Shown piece after piece: positions 11,188 to 22,020 of a stretch of 64,000 nucleotides of DNA; positions within the stretch are counted from its first letter, which is position 1, and every line of letters begins with the position of its first letter. A program made the position numbers and the translations under genes. The notes under the pieces are model-generated. The model worked only from the letters and a program-made list of their open reading frames with translations, did no database searches and was not told the DNA's origin. The stretch is from positions 64,001 to 128,000 of the forward strand of contig CAVPOC010000005.1 in assembly GCA_963706955.1 (NCBI GenBank), given 5' to 3'. Origin of the DNA: an uncultured Verrucomicrobiae bacterium (GTDB lineage Bacteria; Verrucomicrobiota; Verrucomicrobiia; Chthoniobacterales; Terrimicrobiaceae).

Positions 11188-14100
11188 TTGAATCGCACGA
11201 GGTATTTTATCTGGCCACGGAAGTTGCCGCCGACATCCAGTCCACCTACCAGGACGATTTGATTCGTCAGCGGAATACCAATGGAGGCTGCTTGCTTCCC
11301 CGTCTTGGGATCCATCGTGCCAATATCCAGTCGAACACGGCTCAGCAAGGAGTCTTGTGCTGGTGCCGGTTTGTTGCGGGCAAACACGCTCCGATAAATT
11401 TTTTGAAACAAGAGAATGGCGGCCCGGCCGGCCAGGGCATTTGGATCGCGGGAGAGCTCCTGAGTGGTTGCGCCGGTGGCGATGAGCGAGACTATCTCGG
11501 CCTGCGGCAGTGGCGGATCGCTGCTGAAGATCGCTTCGGGAGCGGTCGCCGGCCCGGTGATGTAAACAGTGATATTATAGTCACGGATCGTCGAGGTTCC
11601 GCGCAAATTGAGGATCGGGACAAAAGGCTGGTCCCGCTTGAAGTAGATGAACCCGGACTCAATCTGGAGCCGACTGAAAGGCAAGGTCGCCATGAGCTGT
11701 TCGATAAAGATCGTTCCGTCCATCCATGGTCGCAGACCAGTTCCGCCGAGCTTTAAATCCATGGTGATTCGACCATTGGCAAGGTTGCTCTGGATGAGGA
11801 AGGCGTCCTGTGTCCGAATGGAGATGTCGAATCTCCAGTCGCGGAGGGGAGGTTGCGGAAAGCTAATGAAAACCGGCTCCTGCGGGGGCTGGGGGGCAGG
11901 CCGCCCCGGCAGGCCGATGGGCAGAATGTCGATGTTCCTGAAGAATGCGCTCCTGGTGACGAAAACATTTCCGGTAACGCTGGCTGCATTGAGTGGCCCT
12001 TCGACGCGAATGTCACTATTGGCGCGAACGCTAAGATCATCGTTTTGCAAGATCAGGGCGTTTTGCGTCGTTAGACGCAAAGCCAAGGTCGGATTGTCCA
12101 ACGGTTGAACGATGACGCTGCCGCTGGCGGCGAAAGATCCGCCGCCGATCCGGCCTGTGCCTCGTTTGATGGTCACCCGATCGCGCGTGAAATCCACTTG
12201 CAATGCAACATCCGCGATCGGCGGAAGACTCGGATCCGTGAACCGCAACGCAGAAAGATCTGCCGTGATCTCGCCCGACAGAGTCGGTTGCGCAATAGTT
12301 CCGCGGACGCCTATATCAATTGCAGCGGTTCCACGGCTTTGACGAATAGCCGGCACGAGCGTGCTCACAAAGGCCAGCGAGGAACGCGGCATGATTACCT
12401 GCAACTCCACGGGGGTCTGAGGATCGATCTTTGCGTTATTCCTGAAGGCGACGATATCGAACGGAAGATTGCCGGAAATCCGCAATGGCTGGATTAACCT
12501 TTGTTGAACTGACCCATTGAGAGTCAGCCGATCATTCTGAAAATCGAGATCAAGCGAGATCATCGCAGGATCGAGTTGCGAGGCATCGGGCGATTGGATG
12601 CGGCTTGCACGCACTGTCGCTTTGGCGGCCAGTTCATCGAGCGTGCCGCCGGCGTTCACGTCGAGATTGACGATTCCGGTGACCGGCGGTTTCTTTTGTC
12701 CGAGTTGGGTAAAAAGCTTTCGGAGGTCGAGCTCTCGCGTTTGCAGAGCAAGCTTCAGAGGTTCGTTATTGGGAATCAGCCGATCGGGATGTTGCACCTC
12801 GGCGAGATGAAAGGGTAGCTCAGCCGAACCCTGAACCAGAATTAGTTTCTCTTGACGGACTGAGATGTCAAAAATGCTGAGTCGATTATCCTTCCAAAAA
12901 AGTGACAGCAGTGCCTCTCCAAGTCCGCGGGCGGAGACGGTGAGACCCGGCACGTTCACGAATTGTGGGGAATACGAGCCCTTCGCATGCGCAGCGAGGT
13001 TTTGAAGATCGCCGAATTCTCCGCCTCTTAAATCAATGGCGACATCACCGGTATGCTGTGGAGCGCGAAGATCACCAGTGCCCTTCCACGCGATACTTAA
13101 CGCACCGCCGAGGGCAGGCGCCATAGCTTCCTGTTCCAGCAGAGGTTGAAAGATCGAAAGATCCGCGAACTGAACGTCTAGCGATCCGCTGTAGTCAAAA
13201 GGATCCGTCAGGCGCATGGCTCCCTCGCCCCGAATCACATTCTTCTCGTTAAAGACAACCTGAAGTTGTGATAAACGCGCCTGATTCTCAGCCGCATCCA
13301 GGCGCGCGTCGATGCTGCGCACCGTCATTCCCATGGTTTCGATCCCCCGACCCTCGATGAAAAAGTTTCCGTCGTATGCCCCGTCCTTGGCGCTGCCTTT
13401 TCCCGCAATCTTCAGCGTGCCCTTGAGAGTCGCTCCGGTCTCCGGGGCGACAAACGCGCTCAAATCGGGAGCGTCGACACTTAGATTGAATTCCAAGGGT
13501 TGGCGCTCCCAAGATTTCAAGTCTGGCGGAAGGATATAATCCGCCTGCAGGCTCGCGTGGTTCGCACCTTTGGCGAGCGTCAGCCCCTCGAGCTGAACTT
13601 TTGCATCATTGCTCGACAACGCGAGGTTCACCGACTCGACAACATAGTCTTGCAAGCGAACAGCCTTGATGGATCCCTCGACCCGGCTGATGAGATCCTT
13701 AAACAGAGGTTCGTCCGCCTGCGCTTGAAAGTCCTTCGCCAGGTCGAGACGAAGATGTGTCTCCGTGAGCTCGGTTCCCGAAAAGGCCAGACTGGAGGAA
13801 TCGAGCACGCTTTGGGTAGAAAGCTTTCTATTCTCGAAGCGAAATTCCGTGTTCAGCGATAGATCACCGATTGCCGGCAGGTTGAGCGCGGCAAGGTCCG
13901 GAGCGAAAACTTGCAGATGACCACTCGCAGAAACCTTGTCGAGATCGTTAAAAGTCTCCGGCAAGGTGGAGTTTGCCTCGATGTCGATTCGATTCTCGTC
14001 ATCCAAGCGTGAGGCGAGCGTTGCCTTGAGCCGCTGGTCGGCCATATCGAGCTGCAGAGTTGTGTCGCCAAGCACCCGGCGGTCGTAAGTCGCGCCCGAG

Positions 14101-16049
14101 AGACGCACATCGGCTTGCCCGACCCAACTGGAAGGCTTAGAGGGCTCGCCTTGAAACGACACCACCAACCGGTCGAGAGTTCCCGTCACAGGGACGGGCA
14201 GATTGAGATGCTCCGCGATCCTTGGGAGAGACAGCGCGGAACTCTGCGCCTTCAGGTTGAGTCGAACTTTGTCAAAATCGTTGAACGTCTCGGGTAAGGT
14301 AGAGTCTGCCTCGATGTCGATGCGATTCTCCGGATCCATCTGCGAGGCGAGCGTTGCCTTGAGCCGCTGATCCGCCATATCGAGCTTCAGAGTTGTGTCG
14401 CCAAGTATCCGGCGATCGTAGGTCGCGCCCGAGAGACGCACATCGGCGCGTCCGATCCAAGTGGAAGGCTTAGCGGGCTCGCCTTGAAACGACACCACGA
14501 ACCGGTCGAGAGTTCCAGTTACAGGGACATTCAGATTGAAATACTCCGCGATCCTTTGGAGAGATAGCGCTGAAGTCTCGGCCTTCACGTCTAGCCGAAC
14601 CTCATCAAAGCCGTTGAATGTCTCAGGTAAGGATGAGTTTACCTCGACGTCGATGCGATGCTCCGGATCCAACTGTGAGGCGAGCGTTGCCTTGACCCGC
14701 TGGTCCGCCATATTGAGCTGCAGAGTTATTTCACCAACCGGCTGGCGGTTGTAGGTTGCGCCCGAGAGAAGCACATCGGCCTGTCCAACCCAGCCGGAAG
14801 GCTTAGCGGGCTCGCCTTGAAACGACACCACCAATCGGTCGAGAGTTCCAGTCATCGGGACATTTAGATTGAGATGCTCCGCGATGCTCTGGAGAGACAG
14901 CGCTGAAGTCTCCGCCTTCAGGTTGAGCCGAACCTTGTCAAAGTCGTCGAAAGTCTCGGGTAAGGTGGAGTCTGCTTCGACGTCGATGCGATTTTCGGGA
15001 TCCAGCTGTGAGACGAGCGTTGCCTTAACCCGCTGATCCGCCATATCGAGTTGCAGTGCTATCCCGCCAAGCGCCCGGCGGTCGTAGGTCGCGCCCGAGA
15101 GAAGCACATTGGCCTGCCCGGTCCAACTGGAAGGCTTGGCCGGCTCACCTTGAAACGACACCATCAATCGGTCGAGAGTTCCAGTAATCGGGACAGTCAG
15201 ATTGAGATACTCCCAGATCCTTTGGAGAGACAGCGCTGAGCTCTCTGCCTTCAGGTTAAGTCGGTTGCTCGCATTCAGATCGGAAACCTGCGCGCTGAGA
15301 CTGACCGGCGCATCGAAAAGAGAGCCGTCCAGGCTCAATCCCAATTCGGCTTCACTGAGTTTTGAAACATTCAGGTTGAACTTTCGCAGCGAGATCTCGG
15401 GCCCGATGATCAGATCGGTAATTATCAGATTACGGTCCCGAAAGCTTGTCGCACCGGAGATTTCTGTCCAGCGGCGCACTCCGGGGATATCCAGTGTTTC
15501 TATCTTCAGGACGCCGGGACGATCCGGTAGTAGGCTTAGAAACAAGCCACTCAACTCAGTATTTCCGTTCGGACCGTGCGCGATGAAATTTATGTTCTCG
15601 AGGTTAAGGATATCGGGGAAGAGCGCTGGAAATTTGAACTGTTGTGGCTGGCGTTCCTTATCGGCAGGCAAGGGTTCAGCGGGCGTTATTTCAATATAGG
15701 CATCGCGTATGTCGACCAGCTTGAGCAACCCCGGGAAGCCTTCGCGGATTAGCCCGATGAGGCTGTACCGCAAATTAAGCGTGCCGATCTCCAGGCGTTG
15801 AATTGGGCCTTGCTCCGTCGGAGTTCCGCGCAAGTTTGAAATCGTTAACGTCGTAAAGATCGATCCACTCGCGTCGTAGGAGAGATCGAGGTGCTGCTGT
15901 TTCGCTGCACGCACGATAAAGTAGCGCGTGCCCTCAAAGAATATGGGCCGGTGGAAAAGGGCTAATAAGACGAGAAGAAGCAGCAATGCAAGGCCGATCC
16001 AGCGAAGCCATCTGCCGCGACGCTTTGGTTTATTGCTCGACGCGTTCAT
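11184..16049 (-). CDS. tamB: TamB/AsmA-like translocation and assembly module protein (C-terminal DUF490-like), 1621 aa
   Basis: N-terminal TM anchor, long beta-rich body, C-terminal FSSDPPLPQAEIVSLIATG; overlaps the start of the Omp85 gene. Confidence 0.85.
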   Translation of the reverse strand: MNASSNKPKRRGRWLRWIGLALLLLLVLLALFHRPIFFEGTRYFIVRAAKQQHLDLSYDASGSIFTTLTISNLRGTPTEQGPIQRLEIGTLNLRYSLIGLIREGFPGLLKLVDIRDAYIEITPAEPLPADKERQPQQFKFPALFPDILNLENINFIAHGPNGNTELSGLFLSLLPDRPGVLKIETLDIPGVRRWTEISGATSFRDRNLIITDLIIGPEISLRKFNLNVSKLSEAELGLSLDGSLFDAPVSLSAQVSDLNASNRLNLKAESSALSLQRIWEYLNLTVPITGTLDRLMVSFQGEPAKPSSWTGQANVLLSGATYDRRALGGIALQLDMADQRVKATLVSQLDPENRIDVEADSTLPETFDDFDKVRLNLKAETSALSLQSIAEHLNLNVPMTGTLDRLVVSFQGEPAKPSGWVGQADVLLSGATYNRQPVGEITLQLNMADQRVKATLASQLDPEHRIDVEVNSSLPETFNGFDEVRLDVKAETSALSLQRIAEYFNLNVPVTGTLDRFVVSFQGEPAKPSTWIGRADVRLSGATYDRRILGDTTLKLDMADQRLKATLASQMDPENRIDIEADSTLPETFNDFDKVRLNLKAQSSALSLPRIAEHLNLPVPVTGTLDRLVVSFQGEPSKPSSWVGQADVRLSGATYDRRVLGDTTLQLDMADQRLKATLASRLDDENRIDIEANSTLPETFNDLDKVSASGHLQVFAPDLAALNLPAIGDLSLNTEFRFENRKLSTQSVLDSSSLAFSGTELTETHLRLDLAKDFQAQADEPLFKDLISRVEGSIKAVRLQDYVVESVNLALSSNDAKVQLEGLTLAKGANHASLQADYILPPDLKSWERQPLEFNLSVDAPDLSAFVAPETGATLKGTLKIAGKGSAKDGAYDGNFFIEGRGIETMGMTVRSIDARLDAAENQARLSQLQVVFNEKNVIRGEGAMRLTDPFDYSGSLDVQFADLSIFQPLLEQEAMAPALGGALSIAWKGTGDLRAPQHTGDVAIDLRGGEFGDLQNLAAHAKGSYSPQFVNVPGLTVSARGLGEALLSLFWKDNRLSIFDISVRQEKLILVQGSAELPFHLAEVQHPDRLIPNNEPLKLALQTRELDLRKLFTQLGQKKPPVTGIVNLDVNAGGTLDELAAKATVRASRIQSPDASQLDPAMISLDLDFQNDRLTLNGSVQQRLIQPLRISGNLPFDIVAFRNNAKIDPQTPVELQVIMPRSSLAFVSTLVPAIRQSRGTAAIDIGVRGTIAQPTLSGEITADLSALRFTDPSLPPIADVALQVDFTRDRVTIKRGTGRIGGGSFAASGSVIVQPLDNPTLALRLTTQNALILQNDDLSVRANSDIRVEGPLNAASVTGNVFVTRSAFFRNIDILPIGLPGRPAPQPPQEPVFISFPQPPLRDWRFDISIRTQDAFLIQSNLANGRITMDLKLGGTGLRPWMDGTIFIEQLMATLPFSRLQIESGFIYFKRDQPFVPILNLRGTSTIRDYNITVYITGPATAPEAIFSSDPPLPQAEIVSLIATGATTQELSRDPNALAGRAAILLFQKIYRSVFARNKPAPAQDSLLSRVRLDIGTMDPKTGKQAASIGIPLTNQIVLVGGLDVGGNFRGQIKYLVRFK
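13929..15260 (-). repeat. Four in-frame tandem repeats of 333 bp (111 aa) inside tamB
   Basis: TTGAAACGACACCA recurs at 14151, 14484, 14817 and 15150 (period 333). Unit: LNLKAxxSALSL...GTLDRxxVSFQGEPxKPSxWxG...DMADQRxKATL...LPETFxxFDxV. Confidence 0.95.
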
Positions 16050-16252
16050 GCCGCCGCGACCAAGACGAGAAAAGCCGCGAATTTACGGGCCGGCGGGTGA
16101 TGCTGCATACGTGCCAGGAGCTAATGCCATCGGCGTAGTGCCATGCTTCTGGCGTCACGTCAAAACTTCTCGGCGATTCGGCCCCGGCTGCACGCCGCGA
16201 GACGCTCGTGCGTCCCGTCAAGATGCCGCGGTCTGTTCGCTGGTAACGGCAC

Positions 16253-16372
16253 TCACGTGCAACCTCGAATCAGAAAGAGGATCAGCAGCACAGGGATCGG
16301 AACTCCGAGGAGCCAGAGAAGAATCCACCCGAGTTTTCCGGACTGCGCTGCACGTTGGCTGAGATACTTCAT
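16253..16372 (-). CDS. Small membrane protein (39 aa) MKYLSQRAAQSGKLGWILLWLLGVPIPVLLILFLIRGCT
   Basis: Manually translated, below the ORF-track cutoff; one hydrophobic segment with a LLWLLGVPIP-type motif; same strand as its neighbours. Confidence 0.7.
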   Translation of the reverse strand: MKYLSQRAAQSGKLGWILLWLLGVPIPVLLILFLIRGCT

Positions 16373-16457
16373 GTTCTTGAATCGCCTTCAGGGACGCTCC
16401 CGCGCGTATGGCCAGTCGCAATTGCGAGCCAGTCGGCTGGACACCCCTGGTGACCGT

Positions 16458-18236
16458 CTACTGAAAGGAGGGAGATATGATGCTCCCCTCCTGACGCTCA
16501 GCCGCCTCCCAGTAATCGTAGGCTGCTGCATACGCGGAAGAGGTAAGGAGAAGCATCTCATGGTCCCCATCGGCGTCCACGCGCCCATGCCGAAGGAAGA
16601 CGATCCGCTGCGCTCTGCGCAGCAGGGCGATTCGATGCGTCACCACGAGGGTGGTCCGGAATGCGCTCAGTTCTTCGAGAGACGCTTGGATCAGCGCCTC
16701 CGTCTCCGGTTCGACCGACGAGGTAGGCTCGTCTAGGATGAGGATCGGCGGATCATGGAGGAAGACACGGGCTATCGAGAGCCGCTGCTTTTGACCGCCC
16801 GACAGCTTTACTCCTCGCTCTCCAACGATTGTCTCATAGCCTTGCGGCAAGTTCCGGATAAAGGCATCGGCATGCGCACGCCGCGCCGCCGCCTGGACTT
16901 CTTCAAACGTCGCGTTAGGCCGAGCGTAGCAGAGATTTTCGCGAATCGTCGCGTTAAAGAGATACGTCTCTTGCAGGACCATGCCGATGGCAGCGCGAAG
17001 AGAATTAAGCGTTACCTCGCGGACGTCTTGGCCATCCACGAGAATCCTTCCAGCGATCGGATCAAAAAATCTTGCGACCAAGCTGACCAAAGTTGTCTTT
17101 CCAACTCCGCTCGTCCCGGCGATCGCGACGACTTCGCCAGGAGCAACTCTAAAGCTGACTCCATCCAGAATTAAGGGACCGGCGCCATAGCGGAAGGCAA
17201 CGTTCCTGAATTCGATTTCGCCGATGCGAACCTGCAGAGACACAGCGCCCGAGATATTCGCAACCTCCACAGGTGTATCCAACACCTCAATCACCCGGCG
17301 AGCAGCGGCCTTAGCCCGCTGAAGGATATCCGTCATTCGGGCGAGCGTACTTATCGGGCTTTGCAGCCGCCACCAATAGCCGCGATAGGCAATCAAACCT
17401 CCCACAGTAAACTCTCCCCTCCAGATAAACCAGACACCCATTCCCAGCATCACGATATTGCTCAAGAATCCGAGCATTCCTACCGCCGGGAAGAACGCGT
17501 TCCTCGCGCGCACCGCCCTCATACTCTGTTCATAGTGGCTCTGCGTCACCGCGCGGAACGCCAGCTTTTCGCGATCAATTTGCGCGAAGCTTTGCGCCAG
17601 TTGGATGCCGGCCAAGCGGTCGTGCACGAAAGTTCCGATATCTCCCAAACGAGCTCTGACCGCCTCGTAGACTCGCTTCACGCGGTCGCTAAATCGCCGC
17701 ACGACAAGGTAGGAGAGCGCCAACGGGATCATCACACAAAGACCGATTATCGGTTGCAGCCAGATGACCACCCCGGCCACGACGACAAATGTGACCAACT
17801 CGCCCAGGAGGTCGCTCAAGTTTGCCAGGACGGAGGTTTCCATCGCATCGACATCGCTGATCACCCGCGCGACCAAATCACCGGTATGCCGCTCATAGTG
17901 ATAGCTCATCGATTGCTCCTCGAGATGTGAAAAAACCGCGTTGCGCACATCGCGCACGAAGCCTTGCCCCGCCTTCTCGATGAAGTAGCTCTGCAACGCA
18001 GCGAATAATGTCGCGGCCAGTTGCGACGCCAGCATTACTCCTAAGGCAACCCACAGGCCGCCCGCGTTTCCTGCAAGCAATACGTCGTCGACCACGTATC
18101 TCCAAACCAAGGGATGAACTTGAGCCAAGGGTGCAGCAATGCAGAGAAACGCGAGCGACAGCACGAGCCAACCTCGGTAGGGAAAAAGGAAAAACCAGAT
18201 GCGTCCGATTAGTCGCTTCGTGTCCGCCGCGAACAT
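16458..18236 (-). CDS. ABC exporter, fused permease/ATPase (MsbA-like)
   Basis: TM domain, Walker [26 protein letters not shown]. Confidence 0.92.
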   Translation of the reverse strand: MFAADTKRLIGRIWFFLFPYRGWLVLSLAFLCIAAPLAQVHPLVWRYVVDDVLLAGNAGGLWVALGVMLASQLAATLFAALQSYFIEKAGQGFVRDVRNAVFSHLEEQSMSYHYERHTGDLVARVISDVDAMETSVLANLSDLLGELVTFVVVAGVVIWLQPIIGLCVMIPLALSYLVVRRFSDRVKRVYEAVRARLGDIGTFVHDRLAGIQLAQSFAQIDREKLAFRAVTQSHYEQSMRAVRARNAFFPAVGMLGFLSNIVMLGMGVWFIWRGEFTVGGLIAYRGYWWRLQSPISTLARMTDILQRAKAAARRVIEVLDTPVEVANISGAVSLQVRIGEIEFRNVAFRYGAGPLILDGVSFRVAPGEVVAIAGTSGVGKTTLVSLVARFFDPIAGRILVDGQDVREVTLNSLRAAIGMVLQETYLFNATIRENLCYARPNATFEEVQAAARRAHADAFIRNLPQGYETIVGERGVKLSGGQKQRLSIARVFLHDPPILILDEPTSSVEPETEALIQASLEELSAFRTTLVVTHRIALLRRAQRIVFLRHGRVDADGDHEMLLLTSSAYAAAYDYWEAAERQEGSIISPSFQ

Positions 18237-18361
18237 CTGCCTCTATAGTCCAAGCCGATCGCACTGGCAAAGGCCTTCAAGAGCGGACTGAACCCTTATC
18301 GGGTCAGTGGGCGTTGCGCCGCCGCCTATTCTAAACTCGGCGCTCCGTGCAGGCGATACGC

Positions 18362-19072
18362 TCATTTGCGCTGAGGCTCGACTTTGCCGCGCTTTTCCAG
18401 CCAATAGGCCGCCAGCCAGCACAGCAGCGCCCAGGCTGTTCCGCCGGCCCAGCCGGCAATGACGTCAGTGGGATAATGCACCCCGAGATAGACGCGGCTT
18501 GCGCCTATCATCAGGCTGAGCAGCAGGGCCACGGCCACGCAGTAGACTTTTACCCGTCGCCGTTCCATAGCTCGTGCGAGGAGAACGGCCAGAGTGAGAT
18601 ATACCACCGAGGACATCATCGAGTGGCCGCTCGGATAGCTCTTGAACAGCGTATCGGCAAGGTGTGGGACCACGGTTGGCCGATCGCGGTCGAAGTAGCC
18701 TTTGAGCACGTTCGTCAATAACATTCCTCCCCCAACAGCTATCACGAGCAAAAGGGTGGAAGCGTACCATCGCTCGATTAACAGGTAACCAATTACCACC
18801 AAGGTGATCAGAGTGAGAACTACGCCCCCACCGAGAACCGTAACTTCACGACTCACACTCTCCAGCCACGCCGGACCGATCGGTCGTGCGAGGTCCTCGG
18901 GAGACCGAAGATCTTTCATCCATCGGATCTCAGTTTGATGGAGATCCCCCTCCAGAACCAAGTCAGTGACGCCGACGAATACCAAGATTCCACCGAAGAG
19001 CGCGCCCACACTCAACAGCAGCACAAACTCGCGCCACCCGGCAGAGCTCAGCAGTTCACGAAGTCTTGTCAT
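18362..19072 (-). CDS. PAP2 family membrane phosphatase
   Basis: KGYFDRDRP, SYPSGH, SRVYLGVHYPTDV. Start at ATG 19072. Confidence 0.9.
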   Translation of the reverse strand: MTRLRELLSSAGWREFVLLLSVGALFGGILVFVGVTDLVLEGDLHQTEIRWMKDLRSPEDLARPIGPAWLESVSREVTVLGGGVVLTLITLVVIGYLLIERWYASTLLLVIAVGGGMLLTNVLKGYFDRDRPTVVPHLADTLFKSYPSGHSMMSSVVYLTLAVLLARAMERRRVKVYCVAVALLLSLMIGASRVYLGVHYPTDVIAGWAGGTAWALLCWLAAYWLEKRGKVEPQRK

Positions 19073-19418
19073 GGGCAAAACACAAGCCGAATTTCCCGGC
19101 AGAAGCAAACTGTGGCTGGGCAAGCATTCCTGGGACAAAGACTCGCGCCTGGAAACGAAGCGCCTATTTAAATGCGCGGAGCTTGGCCGACAACGGAGGC
19201 CCAGCGATGCCGCTCGCTCGTTGCTTCCTGATACCTAATGATGACAAGCATCGAGGCTAGTCAAACGCGGCGCGATTTCTAGAATCGAATCAGTTTGAGA
19301 AATGCACAAGCCAGACAGTGTTGAAAGTCCGAGGAGCCAAAAAATCGCCGACCCACCGCCGTCCCGCCAACTTAGGCCCGGTAAACACGGCACTGGCGGC
19401 TTTGCAATCGTGGCTTCG

Positions 19419-19592
19419 ATGAAACGCTTCCGGCAACTCGATTGGGCTGACCGATTGAACCTGATCCTCGCGACAATTCTTGGCTGTGCTCTCCTCCTGG
19501 CCCTTAGTCCCCTCCTTCTCGTCTCCTGGATCTGCATGCAATTTGCCAAGCATGGCCATCCTCGCCACCTAAGAGCCGACCGTCAGGCTTAG
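19419..19592 (+). CDS. Possible small membrane protein
   Basis: MKRFRQLDWADRLNLILATILGCALLLALSPLLLVSW..., one hydrophobic stretch. Confidence 0.35.
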   Translation: MKRFRQLDWADRLNLILATILGCALLLALSPLLLVSWICMQFAKHGHPRHLRADRQA

Positions 19593-19596
19593 CAGG

Positions 19597-20919
19597 CTAC
19601 TCGGCGACAGAATTCTCGAACCACTCTCCGATGCCGCGAATAAAGAGACCAAGGGCCGCGGCCGGCGATTTCTTGAGCAGCTCAGCCACCCGCGGACTAA
19701 GGTCCTCCCGCGGATTGGTCATCGTCCCACCCAACTGCACTGTGGTCCAGAGATAGCCATCACGTTGCCGGGTGAAGACTCGTTCCGCTTTGGGAAGCCA
19801 CTCGAGATACCCTGGTGTGACCCCGAGCTGGAGCTCTCCGCTTAAGCTCTTCTTGTTAATTGTTGCAGTTCCCTGAAGCCGGAAGACGCCTTCCGCCTCA
19901 ATATCCATCTGCTTGACTTGCACGCGGGGATATTTCCACTCAAATCCCAACGAAAAGCGACTCAGGCTTACTGTGTCGATCGGCTTGCCGATGAGGCTGG
20001 CGACATCCTCGAGAAATCGCGCCCCGGCCACGCGGCCATCTTCGAGTCGGACTTCTCCCCAGCCGGACGAACTCTCCATCCGCATGTCTGTGCCCTTCCA
20101 AGCGACGTTCCCGGAGGCCTTTCCTCTGATCAGCCTTGCCCAGGCTTTCGGTATCCAGGGATCAACCGGTATTTCTGAGAAATTCATCTCGGCGGAAACG
20201 CTCTTGTCGTTTTTCATCCCAGCCCATCCGCTGACACGAATTCGGCCACTGCTTTTCGCGCTGGGAGCAAGCTCAAGGTCGTAAAGTGTCAGGAGTTCTT
20301 TGGTAATGAGCAGGTGTAATTGACGCAGCACAAGATCGGGAACCATACCCGTCTTCATCACGCCGCCCTCCGCACGGTATTCAAAGTCGCGGCCGTAGGG
20401 TGTGATCAACAGGTGGGTCTCAAAAAATCCTGCCTTGCGATCGCGTAATTGCCAGGTCACATCCGCGGAATCACAAACCACCCGATTCAGGTGCACGCGC
20501 TCCGGTAAGAAGATTGCATACCATGGTTTCGGCGGCTTGTTTTCGGGTTTGGGTTCGTACGTCTGGATCTCCGCTTTGCCTGAAGGGATGTGGATGTATT
20601 CGAGCTCCCACCGTCGCAAAAAGATCCCCCATGGATCAAACTTCGCATCCACCTGCCCGGTCGAGAGTGTCTTGAAAGCCTTCACCCCATTGCGTGCTTT
20701 GAAGCCGTCTGTCTCGACGGTGAGAAGACCTGTCCGCCGGATCTTCTGGTACTCGCCTTCGAAATGCAGTCCTTTCGACGTTTGCTTATCGAGTTCACTG
20801 CGAAATGCATCGCTTTCGACGTACTCGGTCAATTTGCGATTCGCGAGCGGAACGGCCAGAAGAACGACAGCGACAAGCGCAACGAAGCTAAGAAGAAGAA
20901 TGAGGCGCGCTCGCTTCAC
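19597..20919 (-). CDS. AsmA-like periplasmic protein (hypothetical)
   Basis: N-terminal TM anchor, beta-strand-rich body, C-terminal VQLGGTMTNPREDL. Confidence 0.65.
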   Translation of the reverse strand: MKRARLILLLSFVALVAVVLLAVPLANRKLTEYVESDAFRSELDKQTSKGLHFEGEYQKIRRTGLLTVETDGFKARNGVKAFKTLSTGQVDAKFDPWGIFLRRWELEYIHIPSGKAEIQTYEPKPENKPPKPWYAIFLPERVHLNRVVCDSADVTWQLRDRKAGFFETHLLITPYGRDFEYRAEGGVMKTGMVPDLVLRQLHLLITKELLTLYDLELAPSAKSSGRIRVSGWAGMKNDKSVSAEMNFSEIPVDPWIPKAWARLIRGKASGNVAWKGTDMRMESSSGWGEVRLEDGRVAGARFLEDVASLIGKPIDTVSLSRFSLGFEWKYPRVQVKQMDIEAEGVFRLQGTATINKKSLSGELQLGVTPGYLEWLPKAERVFTRQRDGYLWTTVQLGGTMTNPREDLSPRVAELLKKSPAAALGLFIRGIGEWFENSVAE

Positions 20920-21030
20920 GGCAAACCTACTTTCCTAGGACGTGTAGCGCTCGACGCCGCGCCCTATCTAGCCTTTCCAATCAACAGTCGGGAATTCGGA
21001 TTCAAGATACACGCGCCGGTCTCATGCCTC

Positions 21031-21177
21031 TCACGGAAGCCTCCGTCCCGAGAAGAATTGCAAAACCAAGACGACGAGCGCAACCACCAGCAAGAGGTGA
21101 ATCAGATTTCCGGCTACCTGAAAGCTAAAGCCCAGTATCCAGAGGATCAGGAGAACAACAAGAGCAGTCCAAAGCAT
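21031..21177 (-). CDS. lmo0937-like (DUF5670) small membrane protein, 48 aa
   Basis: Manually translated MLWTALVVLLILWILGFSFQVAGNLIHLLLVVALVVLVLQFFSGRRLP; G-x-LIH-LLL signature. Confidence 0.85.
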   Translation of the reverse strand: MLWTALVVLLILWILGFSFQVAGNLIHLLLVVALVVLVLQFFSGRRLP

Positions 21178-21345
21178 AGAATTCCTTCATGGGTTCGTCG
21201 TTCAGCACGTCCGCGGATGCCTCGACATCCCACCTCACGACAGCTTTCCGGGCCGCCGAGCTCGGAGGGGGGGTTCATCGCACCGCTGGCGATGCTCAGC
21301 CGGTAACTGGAAACAGTTTCAACCTCGGCAACGCTCTCGATCTGT

Positions 21346-21675
21346 TTAAACCATCAAAACCTTGACCATCGTCGCCGCGATACCGCTGGGAATTTCGAAT
21401 CGTATGACATTGTCCTTGAGCATCTGTTGAGCTAGCAATGAGAGCCACTGCCGTGAGCAAGTGAGCTCCGTCGGAACAAAGAATGTTCGGCCGTCGCTTT
21501 CCTCGAGTATGTACTGCAAGCTCGCATCAATCGGCTCTGTTTCTCCAAGGAGGTTGGCCGTGAGTTGAATACGCTTTTCCTGGGTATCGATATGAAGAGT
21601 CGTCATTTTTCCGAAATCTTTGATCTTGTGGTTGAGGAAGGCTTTCAATAGCTGGCCGGTAATTCGGTTCCTCAT
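21346..21675 (-). CDS. Hypothetical protein
   Basis: 109-aa ORF with plausible composition; no motif recognised. Confidence 0.65.
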   Translation of the reverse strand: MRNRITGQLLKAFLNHKIKDFGKMTTLHIDTQEKRIQLTANLLGETEPIDASLQYILEESDGRTFFVPTELTCSRQWLSLLAQQMLKDNVIRFEIPSGIAATMVKVLMV

Positions 21676-22002
21676 AGAATTGAGTTTGTAACATCCTGGA
21701 AGGGACTTTGGGAACTGGTTGTCGAGGGGTGAGAATTTTCGACGCGAATATAACGTGCAGTTAGATTCTATAACTTATTACTGGGTAGTCCCCTGTACTC
21801 CATTTTACGTGTAACACGGTTTTGAATGCGAGCAGTCGCTTCTGAGAAAAACACGCTTTTCTCCATGAGAGATAAGGGGCAAGCATTGATGGCCGCTCCG
21901 AGATCTGCGAGCGTCACGCCAAAACTTTCTTTCCTTTTAAATCCCTCGGATGAAACAAGATGATGGTCAGTGTGAAAAAAGAGATTGCGAAACTTACGGC
22001 GA

Positions 22003-22020
22003 ATCGTGAATTTACACGAT
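22003..22020. promoter_or_regulatory. Palindrome ATCGTG-N6-CACGAT abutting the lexA start; candidate autoregulatory operator
   Basis: Perfect 6-bp inverted repeat ending at the base before ATG 22021; related CGTG-TAA-CACG at 21808-21818. Confidence 0.45.
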
